A stretch of 64,000 nucleotides of DNA, taken from NCBI GenBank assembly GCA_963662795.1, contig OY759746.1, positions 1,184,001-1,248,000 on the forward strand, written 5' to 3'. Each line of letters begins with the position of its first letter. Positions within the stretch are counted from its first letter, which is position 1. Both the position numbers and the translations under genes were made by a program. Positions 29,630 through 37,898 of the stretch are shown here, one piece after another. This DNA comes from Spirochaetia bacterium. GTDB lineage: Bacteria > Spirochaetota > Spirochaetia > CADAEX01. The notes beneath the pieces are model-generated. The model did no database searches and was not told where the DNA came from. It saw only the letters and a list, made by a program, of their open reading frames with translations.

Positions 29630-30118
29630 CTAGAATTTATATCCGAATTTCCTGAGCATTTCCTTCCGCGCCTGTTTATCTCCGGAATTCTCAACTCCTG
29701 CAGGAGAAGATCCGTCGATAACCCCCATAATCCCTTTCCCCTGCCCTGTTTCCGCTGTAATTACCTGAAGAGGATTAGCGGTAGCCGCAAAAACAGAAGC
29801 TACTTCGTGGCAGTTCTTGATCTGGTTTAATATATTTATCGGAAAAGCATTTTTTATCAACAGCACAAACGTATGCCCCGCGCCGATTGCAAGTGCGTTA
29901 TCTGATGCGGCCTTAACAAGTTCTTCTGAATTACCTTCTGTTCTTATGAGGGCCGGGCCTGAAGCTTCACAGAAGGCAAGACCGTATTCAACGCCCGGAA
30001 CACTGCCGATAACAATCTCGGCAATATCTTCCGCGGTTTTTATAAAATGCGACTGCCCTAAAATCAGGTTAGCCCCTTCGGGAATTTTAACCTGAACCGC
30101 ATTTAATCCAACATTCAT
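29630..30118 (-). CDS. DUF355 'adenosine-specific kinase' family protein
   Basis: GQSHFIKT.ED, AFCEASG, GAGHTF, ATANP, GVIDG and C-terminal GYK motifs. Confidence 0.92.
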   Translation of the reverse strand: MNVGLNAVQVKIPEGANLILGQSHFIKTAEDIAEIVIGSVPGVEYGLAFCEASGPALIRTEGNSEELVKAASDNALAIGAGHTFVLLIKNAFPINILNQIKNCHEVASVFAATANPLQVITAETGQGKGIMGVIDGSSPAGVENSGDKQARKEMLRKFGYKF

Positions 30119-30136
30119 AACAGTCCTCCTTCCGTT

Positions 30137-31843
30137 TTATTTCTGCCCGCTGAGCTTCATAACAAGATCAAGGTTGATTTCACAGGCTGCACACGGCATC
30201 TGAATACTCCAGTTTTCAAGCACCTGGGGTGATATTTCCCCCATTATGCCAATTTCCCTGTCGCCCAGAACAACCTTTGCACATCTTCCGCTTATAAACC
30301 TTGGATCGTCAGATTCTTTAAGGACATAATCGGCAGAGATATAAAACATTACTGCGGACAACTGTGAACTTACAAGATTAAAACCGGCATCCTTATCTGC
30401 AGAAAGAAATCCAAGCGAGTTTATAGTCGCGACACCGTAATTATCATCTTCATCCCTGACTCCTGTCTTGCCGGCCTCGAATATCCTGTGGGGATAAACA
30501 GCATTTCCAGACACTGCCTCGGAATTAAGAAGTGAAGGGAGAATTGAAGCCCTTAAGTATTCATAGCTTTCGCTCATCGGGTTTGCGATCCTGACAATTT
30601 CTGTCCCCTTTATGTTCATCTTCTCGATATAGTCTTTCCCGGATCCAAGATAGTTATAAACCATCTCCTGAAATCCGAGCCCGACCATTATATTTTTGAT
30701 TCTTCTTCCGAATAAGGTTTCAGGAGTAAGTTTTCCCATAGTAAAGTCATCCGGCATGACCGGTTCGAAGTTGGGAAGCCCCTTTCCTATCATTATATCC
30801 TCAATTACATCAACGGGGTGAAGAAAATCATTCCTGTAAACAGCGGGATATAATGTCAGCTTTGACCCGCTGACTTCTATCCTGCATCCGAGTTTTCTTC
30901 CAAATGCAGCGGCCTCCTCCGGAGTATATTTTTCACCGAGAAGTTTATTTACATAGGAAATATCTGCCGTTAACGGCTGCTGAAAATAAAACGGGGCTGT
31001 AACCTCTCTCCCAAGCGGAGTGTCATAAGGGTAGATCGTCTTTACCGGAAGTATCTCATATCCTGCGTCTGAAAGGTCGCAAGCCACTATCGCTGTCGCG
31101 ATCAACAGCGAAAATATATCAGTCCCCGTCATTTCGACAAAAAGCTCTTTGTCCCCTTCAAGTACAGCGCCGATATCGTTGCTGTTGATTACAGGAGGAA
31201 GACTTAGTGTTTTCCCATCATTATCAGTTATATAAGGATATCTGGGGAAATCAGCAATTATGCCCCCGTATTCCTGGCCCTTGGGATGTTCTTTAAGTAT
31301 TTCCCTGAGAGTGAGTTTTTTTTCAAATCCCAGCGGAACAAATCCTTCCTTATCAGGGTCGGCGGCAAAGTAGCGGACCGGAAATTTAAAAATATCGCTT
31401 CGGTAAACACCCATAGCGATGGCTTTTCTCTTTTGTCCGTAGTTCCAGCACAGCTTTTCCTGTGTCTGTATGATATCTTTAAGGGAAGCCTCATCAATAC
31501 CTTCTCCCTTAATTGCGAATCCGGCAATAAAAGGTCTTATATCCTTTAAAGCAGGGTCTACTGTTATTGATCTTCCGCCTGAATCCAGAATTTTTTCCGC
31601 TGTTGAGAAAAAGCTGTATTCATTTTTCCCGCCTCCGATATAGACACGGAGCTGCCGTGCAATTCCTGCTGTTGACCAGAGATCGGGCCGGTTTGTGTCG
31701 TTAAGCTCAATTTTAAGGATATCATCTTCCCTGCCGTCAAATTCAGCTTTTGCGGCTGAAAGCAGTTTTACAAAATCATCTCCTTCGACCCTTTTCCCGA
31801 TATATTTATAAAGTGCGTCTTCGTATACTTCAATTTTAGGCAT
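30137..31843 (-). CDS. pheT: phenylalanine--tRNA ligase beta subunit (short, archaeal/eukaryotic type)
   Basis: 568 aa; MPKIEV start, DTNRPDLWS..GIAR, LPPVINS, YRNDFLHPVDVIED. Confidence 0.95.
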   Translation of the reverse strand: MPKIEVYEDALYKYIGKRVEGDDFVKLLSAAKAEFDGREDDILKIELNDTNRPDLWSTAGIARQLRVYIGGGKNEYSFFSTAEKILDSGGRSITVDPALKDIRPFIAGFAIKGEGIDEASLKDIIQTQEKLCWNYGQKRKAIAMGVYRSDIFKFPVRYFAADPDKEGFVPLGFEKKLTLREILKEHPKGQEYGGIIADFPRYPYITDNDGKTLSLPPVINSNDIGAVLEGDKELFVEMTGTDIFSLLIATAIVACDLSDAGYEILPVKTIYPYDTPLGREVTAPFYFQQPLTADISYVNKLLGEKYTPEEAAAFGRKLGCRIEVSGSKLTLYPAVYRNDFLHPVDVIEDIMIGKGLPNFEPVMPDDFTMGKLTPETLFGRRIKNIMVGLGFQEMVYNYLGSGKDYIEKMNIKGTEIVRIANPMSESYEYLRASILPSLLNSEAVSGNAVYPHRIFEAGKTGVRDEDDNYGVATINSLGFLSADKDAGFNLVSSQLSAVMFYISADYVLKESDDPRFISGRCAKVVLGDREIGIMGEISPQVLENWSIQMPCAACEINLDLVMKLSGQK

Positions 31844-31845
31844 TG

Positions 31846-33387
31846 TCAGCTACTCCTTCTTCTCAGCCTTAGGTGTTCAATATCACTTGTAAAAAGTTCC
31901 CTCAAATCATTAAGCCCGAGAGACATGAGGGCCATCCTGTCTATTCCAAGTCCCCAGGCCAGCACCGGGACATGTATTCCGAGCGGCTCGGTTACTTCCG
32001 GGCGGAAAATACCTGCCCCTCCAAGCTCAAACCAGCCGAGAACAGGGTGTTTGATATGCACTTCAACAGACGGTTCTGTAAACGGGAAATACCCCGGAAC
32101 ATACATAACTTCCGATGCTCCGGCAACCTCTTCAGCAAACATTTTCAGAAGGCCTAGAAGCGTTTTAAGCGTAACTTCTTCACCAAGGACTATCCCTTCT
32201 GTCTGATAAAAATCTGAAAGATGAGTCGCATCAACCTTATCGTATCTGAAACACCTTACAATCCCGAAATATTTACCCGGAATTTTTGCCCGTGTGAGTG
32301 TTTTGGCAGAAAGTACTGTCCCCTGGCTTCTTAAAATCAGCCTTTTTGTAAATTCCCTGTCAAAATCGTAACCCCATCCGCGGCTTCCTGTTTTCCACCC
32401 GTCTTTATGCGCTGAAGCTACCTGGTCAAGGTAAGGCTGTTCAATGGTTTTTGCCTTGACAGGGTCTGCCAGATGGTAGACATCATGGATATCCCTTGCT
32501 GAATGGAACTGGGGCATAAAAAGGGCATCGCAGTTCCAGAATTCTGTTTCAACAAGAGGACCGTCAAACTCCTCAAATCCCAGCGATACAAGCTTATCCT
32601 TTACTCCGTCAAGGAACTGCGCATAGGGGCTGTGTCTCCCCAGAAGTACTCTTGAGGGAGGAGTGTTGACATTATAGCCCCTGAAGGTTTTATTTTTCCA
32701 GCTTCCGTCAGCAAGCATTTCAGGGGTGAGACTTCCAACCTCTTCGCCTGTAACGCCCTGTTCCTTGAGTAATTTTTTAACTTCTTTACCTGAAGCTGTT
32801 ATTCTGTAAACAATATCTTCCCTCCCGGATACGCGGAAAGGAGAACTGCCTCCTCCCCTTTTTTTGCTTATGCCGGATATTGCTGTAATTTCATCGGGAG
32901 AAAGGGTGGATTCTTCAAGTTCCCCTTCCCTGATTCCTTTATCAAGAACTGCCCTTACCCATTTCATTGACTGCGATATTCCGCTGCCTTTAATGCAGGC
33001 TCTTTTTTCTTCATCAAGTGCCATTACACCTTCTTTCGACATCTGGCCGAAAGCAGTTCCTGTATCCCTGTTTTCAAGTGACAGCGCTTCATTTATCTCA
33101 GGGAGTTTCATCGGGCCCTTTTCTGATATAAGAGCGAATATCCGTTCAGCCGGCGTCCCGTTTTTCTGCAGATCCCGCCCTGTATCTGTCATCTCATAAA
33201 TAACCCTCTGTTTCTTTTCCTTTTCTTCGATTAGAGACTTTGCGGCAAGCCAGCTGAAAGCCTGATTGCACTGCCCCAGTTTGAATGAAAGCTTTTCCAT
33301 TATAAGTTCAGAAGTAAGATCTTCTTCCCCGGTATTCAAAAGGACCCTTATTTCAAGGGGATGGAGGGTTTTGATATCATAATTCAT
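31846..33387 (-). CDS. pheS: phenylalanine--tRNA ligase alpha subunit (long, archaeal/eukaryotic type)
   Basis: 513 aa; FWNCDALFMPQFHSARD, YFPFTEPS, GIFRPEV, AWGLGIDR. Confidence 0.96.
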   Translation of the reverse strand: MNYDIKTLHPLEIRVLLNTGEEDLTSELIMEKLSFKLGQCNQAFSWLAAKSLIEEKEKKQRVIYEMTDTGRDLQKNGTPAERIFALISEKGPMKLPEINEALSLENRDTGTAFGQMSKEGVMALDEEKRACIKGSGISQSMKWVRAVLDKGIREGELEESTLSPDEITAISGISKKRGGGSSPFRVSGREDIVYRITASGKEVKKLLKEQGVTGEEVGSLTPEMLADGSWKNKTFRGYNVNTPPSRVLLGRHSPYAQFLDGVKDKLVSLGFEEFDGPLVETEFWNCDALFMPQFHSARDIHDVYHLADPVKAKTIEQPYLDQVASAHKDGWKTGSRGWGYDFDREFTKRLILRSQGTVLSAKTLTRAKIPGKYFGIVRCFRYDKVDATHLSDFYQTEGIVLGEEVTLKTLLGLLKMFAEEVAGASEVMYVPGYFPFTEPSVEVHIKHPVLGWFELGGAGIFRPEVTEPLGIHVPVLAWGLGIDRMALMSLGLNDLRELFTSDIEHLRLRRRSS

Positions 33388-33399
33388 TGTTAAAACTCC

Positions 33400-34617
33400 T
33401 TATTTAAAATCACCGATGCATCTGGCGGCAACTGCCCTTAAAAAAAGTCCGACATCGCTTACTATTCCGATTGCCTGCCCTGATCCCCTGTCTGCAAGTT
33501 TTGTAACAACAGCAGGATTTATATCTATGCAGATTGTCTTTACCCAGGAAGGCATCATATTTCCGGTACCAATTGAATGAAGCATGGTTGAAAGCATCAG
33601 AACCATCGATGTATCCCTGATAATTTCCGCGTATTCACCCTGTGCCTTTATCATGTCTGTAACCGTTTCGGGGAGCGGGCCGTCATCCCTGATAGAGCCT
33701 GCAAGACAGTATGGAATACCGCTTTTTATTACTTCATACATAATTCCGCTTTCAAGAATCTTCTGGTCAACCGCGTTCTTTATGGAACCGCAGTGATTTA
33801 TCCGGTTTATGGCCCGCATATGGTTTTTATGCCCTTCGTAGGCAGGTTTTCCCGATTTTTGACATACTCCGAGCGATGTTCCGAAAAAAACAGATTCCAT
33901 ATCATGCACCGCGATGGCATTTCCCGCAAGAAGTCCGCCGATAAAACCTTCACGTATAAGAGCAGCAAGAGCTTTTCCCCCGCCTGAATGAACAACAACA
34001 GGACCCGCAACAACAACAACCTTTTCCCTGTTTTGCTTCATCTTGATAAGTTCTGCAGCAATCTTCTCTACTGTAAAATCCGCAGATCTTTCAGATGAAA
34101 CATCGCCTGACATAAATCCGAAATCATCAGACTCCCTTTCCCTCGCCGGGGGAAAAACCCTTACCGATTCTGTAGAGCAAAGTACTCTGTCACCTTTTTT
34201 GACATCACGAAGTTTTCGGCATTCCGGATATTCTTCTCCGTCTATAATTACAGCATCCATCCGCTGGTTTTGTACCGAATGCCATTTGCCGGCATGGAAA
34301 ACCTCTGTCCTGTGGTTTGTGGTTGAATAAAAATCCTCAGGAACGCATTTGTCAGCCGGAGATATTTTAAAAACCGCTTCCGGGGTCTGCTTCTCGTAGC
34401 ATCCGATATGCACAAGCCTTGATGAGAGTCCCTGAAGCTTGTCATCCGATTCACAGATAAGGTCTATTTCCAGAAGAGACTCTTTTGCGTTTGTTTTACC
34501 GATTCTGAATTCAATTATTTCGTAATCTGCCCCTTCCTCGACAATAAGGTTCAGTATCTGGGCAAGAATTCCTGAATCAATCAGATGTCCTTTTGATATA
34601 AATCTTCTCTTTTTCAT
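33400..34617 (-). CDS. TIGR00300 family (LOR/SDH-like) probable ornithine cyclodeaminase
   Basis: GHLIDSG, FYSTTN, RMDA, FMSGDVSSE, AGSIRDDGPLP, MLHSIGTGN and KLADRGS motifs. Confidence 0.88.
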   Translation of the reverse strand: MKKRRFISKGHLIDSGILAQILNLIVEEGADYEIIEFRIGKTNAKESLLEIDLICESDDKLQGLSSRLVHIGCYEKQTPEAVFKISPADKCVPEDFYSTTNHRTEVFHAGKWHSVQNQRMDAVIIDGEEYPECRKLRDVKKGDRVLCSTESVRVFPPARERESDDFGFMSGDVSSERSADFTVEKIAAELIKMKQNREKVVVVAGPVVVHSGGGKALAALIREGFIGGLLAGNAIAVHDMESVFFGTSLGVCQKSGKPAYEGHKNHMRAINRINHCGSIKNAVDQKILESGIMYEVIKSGIPYCLAGSIRDDGPLPETVTDMIKAQGEYAEIIRDTSMVLMLSTMLHSIGTGNMMPSWVKTICIDINPAVVTKLADRGSGQAIGIVSDVGLFLRAVAARCIGDFK

Positions 34618-34666
34618 TGGTATATATGCTCCTGAAGCAAACAAAATTATATGCTTATCAATTTCT

Positions 34667-36937
34667 TCAAGTATTATCAGCTGTTTGCTTTCTGATTATC
34701 CAGCATTTACGGGAAAATCCGCGGCGGGAAAAATCAGGTGAAACTGTTTTTTCTGTAATATCTTCAACTTTGAAATTTTGAACTATACTATCATCGAGTT
34801 TAAATTTTTTAAAGTTGCTGGAGAAAATTATTATCCCGTTTTCAGCAAGTTTTTCCGATGATTTCCGGATGAGGACTGCATGGTCATCCTGAATTACAAA
34901 AATATCTCTCCTGCTTTTCGAATTGGAAAAGGTCGGGGGATCGATAAATATGATGTCGTATTTACCCTTGTCGTTTTCAAGAAATTCCATATAATCACTT
35001 TTAACAATTTTATTTACAGAAAGGGATAGATTGTTCTCTTTAAAATTCCTTTCCGTCCATTCACAGTAGGTCGAGGTTGAGTCTACACTTACAGTGAGGG
35101 AAGCTCCCCCTTTCGCAGCATATACTGACGCGGTTCCTGTATACGAAAAGAGGTTAAGGAATTTTTTACCGGGAGAAATTTCCCTTATCATGTTTCTTAT
35201 GATCCTGTGATCAAGGAATATTCCTGTATCAAGGTAGTCATGATAATTTACATAAAAGGAAAGGCCGCCTTCCTTTATTATATAAAACTTTCCCGCACTG
35301 CTTATCCTTGAGTACCTGTTCCCTTCTTTCTGTCTCTTTCTCTGTCTGAGGCTTATCTCTTTCCTCGGAATGCCGGTTATCTTTTCCGCAGTATAAACTA
35401 TATCCTGAAACCTTTTTTCAGATTTTGACTCAGGTATTTCAGACGGCGGCGCATACTCCTGTATATGGAGGTGACTATCATCATAAATATCAATAGCTGC
35501 CGCGTATTCAGGCATATCCGCATCATAAATTCTATAGGAGCTTATCCCCTCTTTTTCTTTCCATTTTTTAAGCGATTTGATATTTTTTTTAAGCCGGTTG
35601 GCAAGCATTTGTGAATAAAAAACAGATTTTTCTTTTGACAAATCCCCGGATTTCATCTCAGCAGCTGTCGATAAAGATTCATCTGATGAATCAGAAGCGG
35701 CCTGTGAACCGGCAGGCAGAGGGCCAGAAGATGCGCCTGCGCTGTCAGTATTTTCTGTTTGTTCCCTGTATCTTGTGCTTACGGCGAAGATACCGGAAAC
35801 ACATTTGATCGGGCCGTTATAAACAGTATTTACCTGGAGCGGCTTCATGCCGAGTTCCCTTGAGAGCTCTTCGCTTCCTGAAAGGGCAAGAACTTTCCAG
35901 CCCTCGAAAAGTATCCTGAATTTTTCACCTGCAAGCCTGTAAAGGGAAGAGAGGTCCTTTTCCTCGCCAAGCCGCATTCCGTATGGGAGGTTTACGGCGA
36001 TGAGACCGGCTTTGACACTGCCTTCTGACGGCACCTGCAGATCTTTGATATCTTTCCTTTTTACATCTATCAGTTCGAAAAAGCCTGCAGCCTTTATGTT
36101 AAGGAGCGCGGTTTTTACCGCATCGCTGTCAACATCAAAGCCCTTAAGCTGTCCCGGTATTATATTTTCAAGGTTTCTTTTTTCCGCAGCATCATTAATC
36201 AGTTTATCCCACTCATCTTTCTTAAACTGTTTAAGATGCCTGAAACTGTAATTTTTTCGCAAGTAACCCGGGGCGGTATTCGACGCAATCATTGCCGCCT
36301 CAATCAAAAATGTTCCGCTGCCGCACATCGGGTCAAGGAATCCGCAGTGTTCGGCAGACATTTTGTCCCAGCCTGCTCTTTCAAGAAGAGCGCAGGCAAG
36401 GTTTTCCTTAAGAGGAGCCTGTCCCCCCTTCTGTCTGTAGCCCCGCTGATGCAGGCTGCCGCCTGAAATATCAAGGCTGATGGTGCATCTGTCTCTGGCT
36501 GTAAAAAGATTTATCCTTATGTCAGGATTTTCCCGGTCGACATCAGGTCTTTTATTAAAAACACCCCTGAAATGGTCAGATATGCCGTCTTTTACAAGAA
36601 GAGACAGATAGGAAGCATTATTGAACCTGCGGGAAAGCGATGTAGTATCGACTGCGATTGTTTTATCCGGAGTAAAGAATTCAGACCATTTTATGATTTT
36701 TGCCCTTTCATAGATTTCATTTTCATCAGAAGCATAAAAATCTTCCAGGGCAAGCAGTACCTTTCCGGCAGTACCGGACCAGAGGCACACCTTCTGTCCG
36801 TCTGTAAAAGTCCCCTGGAATTCTGCTCCACCCTGTTTCTGAAGGGGTTTCCCGGAAACAATCTTTTCAAGTTCTTTAACCAGCTGGTATTCAAATCCGG
36901 AGGGACATGTAACAAAGTATCTGTATGATTTAGCCAT
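34667..36937 (-). CDS. rlmL: bifunctional 23S rRNA m2G2445/m7G2069 methyltransferase RlmKL
   Basis: THUMP domain, LHQRGYR, APLKENLA, DPMCGSGT; second methyltransferase with DTGIFLDHR, FLNLFSYTG, DPPTFSNSK. Confidence 0.95.
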   Translation of the reverse strand: MAKSYRYFVTCPSGFEYQLVKELEKIVSGKPLQKQGGAEFQGTFTDGQKVCLWSGTAGKVLLALEDFYASDENEIYERAKIIKWSEFFTPDKTIAVDTTSLSRRFNNASYLSLLVKDGISDHFRGVFNKRPDVDRENPDIRINLFTARDRCTISLDISGGSLHQRGYRQKGGQAPLKENLACALLERAGWDKMSAEHCGFLDPMCGSGTFLIEAAMIASNTAPGYLRKNYSFRHLKQFKKDEWDKLINDAAEKRNLENIIPGQLKGFDVDSDAVKTALLNIKAAGFFELIDVKRKDIKDLQVPSEGSVKAGLIAVNLPYGMRLGEEKDLSSLYRLAGEKFRILFEGWKVLALSGSEELSRELGMKPLQVNTVYNGPIKCVSGIFAVSTRYREQTENTDSAGASSGPLPAGSQAASDSSDESLSTAAEMKSGDLSKEKSVFYSQMLANRLKKNIKSLKKWKEKEGISSYRIYDADMPEYAAAIDIYDDSHLHIQEYAPPSEIPESKSEKRFQDIVYTAEKITGIPRKEISLRQRKRQKEGNRYSRISSAGKFYIIKEGGLSFYVNYHDYLDTGIFLDHRIIRNMIREISPGKKFLNLFSYTGTASVYAAKGGASLTVSVDSTSTYCEWTERNFKENNLSLSVNKIVKSDYMEFLENDKGKYDIIFIDPPTFSNSKSRRDIFVIQDDHAVLIRKSSEKLAENGIIIFSSNFKKFKLDDSIVQNFKVEDITEKTVSPDFSRRGFSRKCWIIRKQTADNT

Positions 36938-36956
36938 ATTTTCCTGTTTAAATTGA

Positions 36957-37116
36957 TTATGGACACCTCAAAAACTCTGTTTTTTCCGGTTCCGGAAAAA
37001 ACAATTCCTTACGCCAACGGCGTTCAGGTGCCTTGTATGCCCCGGATTTAATAAAATCCGGGGGAAAGGGGCTGCGGAACGAACCCGGTGCAGGCACTGG
37101 ATAGAGGCCCCCTTAT
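36957..37116. mobile_element. putative MITE copy B (152-bp core 36961-37112 plus TTAT flanks)
   Basis: Homologous to 14455-14609; degenerate inverted ends GGACACCTC/GAGGCCCCC; flanking TTAT direct repeat. Confidence 0.7.
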
Positions 37117-37316
37117 AATATCAAAGAGGTAATTTTGAAATCTATTGTACCGCAGATGATCCCGATAATTTAATAATATTGATTTTACATCATGCTATTG
37201 CAGGTAAGGCAAAGAGTCAATAACCGGCAAAGCCGGCTGCAGCGGAAGGAAATAATAGCGTACAGGCTGAAGGAAGACAACCGTAAGTCCATTTCAGCGG
37301 ACTGCCTGCAGGAAAC

Positions 37317-37847
37317 TCAATTATCAGCAAGCGCCTCTTCGTAGTTTTTAATCACAAGAACTTCTGAAAGACCCTCACGTCTTTCAGGGTGTTCAACATC
37401 TGCGGCAAGATTTGCAATAATCTTCTCCGGGACCATATCGCCCGGGTCTCTTTCCCTGTTTCTTTTAAGACAGGTAGATGTATCTGTAGCCATAAAAATG
37501 GCGGATATGTTTTTTTTCATTCTTTTTGCGATAGCTATATAAGGTTCCCTTGAGGATGAGGAAAGACTCATATTGTCAAGAACAATTGATTCCCCCATCT
37601 GGAGGAGATGTTCGATCAGTTTCCTCTCAATATGCTTTACAAGAGTTTCATCCACAACATCAAACTTGTCCTCTGACCATTTTTCTCCGAAAGTCATCAT
37701 CTCATAAAGGTGCTGCCGGATCTCCTTACGGCTTACCCTTTTACTTCCTGATTTCATGAAATATTTTCTTGCAAAATGGGATTTTCCTGACCCGGGCAAG
37801 CCGCAGACAAGAATCACATCACTTTTTCTGAACTGTTCAAGTGTCAT
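37317..37847 (-). CDS. AAA_33-type P-loop kinase (polynucleotide-kinase-like)
   Basis: LVCGLPGSGKS, IVLDN and lid CLKRNRER motifs. Confidence 0.85.
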   Translation of the reverse strand: MTLEQFRKSDVILVCGLPGSGKSHFARKYFMKSGSKRVSRKEIRQHLYEMMTFGEKWSEDKFDVVDETLVKHIERKLIEHLLQMGESIVLDNMSLSSSSREPYIAIAKRMKKNISAIFMATDTSTCLKRNRERDPGDMVPEKIIANLAADVEHPERREGLSEVLVIKNYEEALADN

Positions 37848-37898
37848 TGATTGTTCCTCCTGACTCTTTTAATACTTATCGGCCGCAGATGAATATAA

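Noticed and set aside
23646-30118. Calling the cNMP-PNP plus two-component cluster a Pycsar, Detocs or CBASS defence system
   Set aside because: The domain architecture differs, the cyclase is a TM-HAMP type separated by thrH, and the context is housekeeping with no defence or mobile genes.
30137-33387. Archaeal-type PheRS as a novelty
   Set aside because: Already known as a general spirochaete feature.
37205-37260. Resemblance to a c-di-GMP-I riboswitch (two GGCAAA) or SRP RNA (CGGAAGGAA)
   Set aside because: Lacks the GNRA-capped P2 stem and receptor of c-di-GMP-I and the CAGG...AGCAGC loop of SRP. It is also not upstream of a plus-strand gene.
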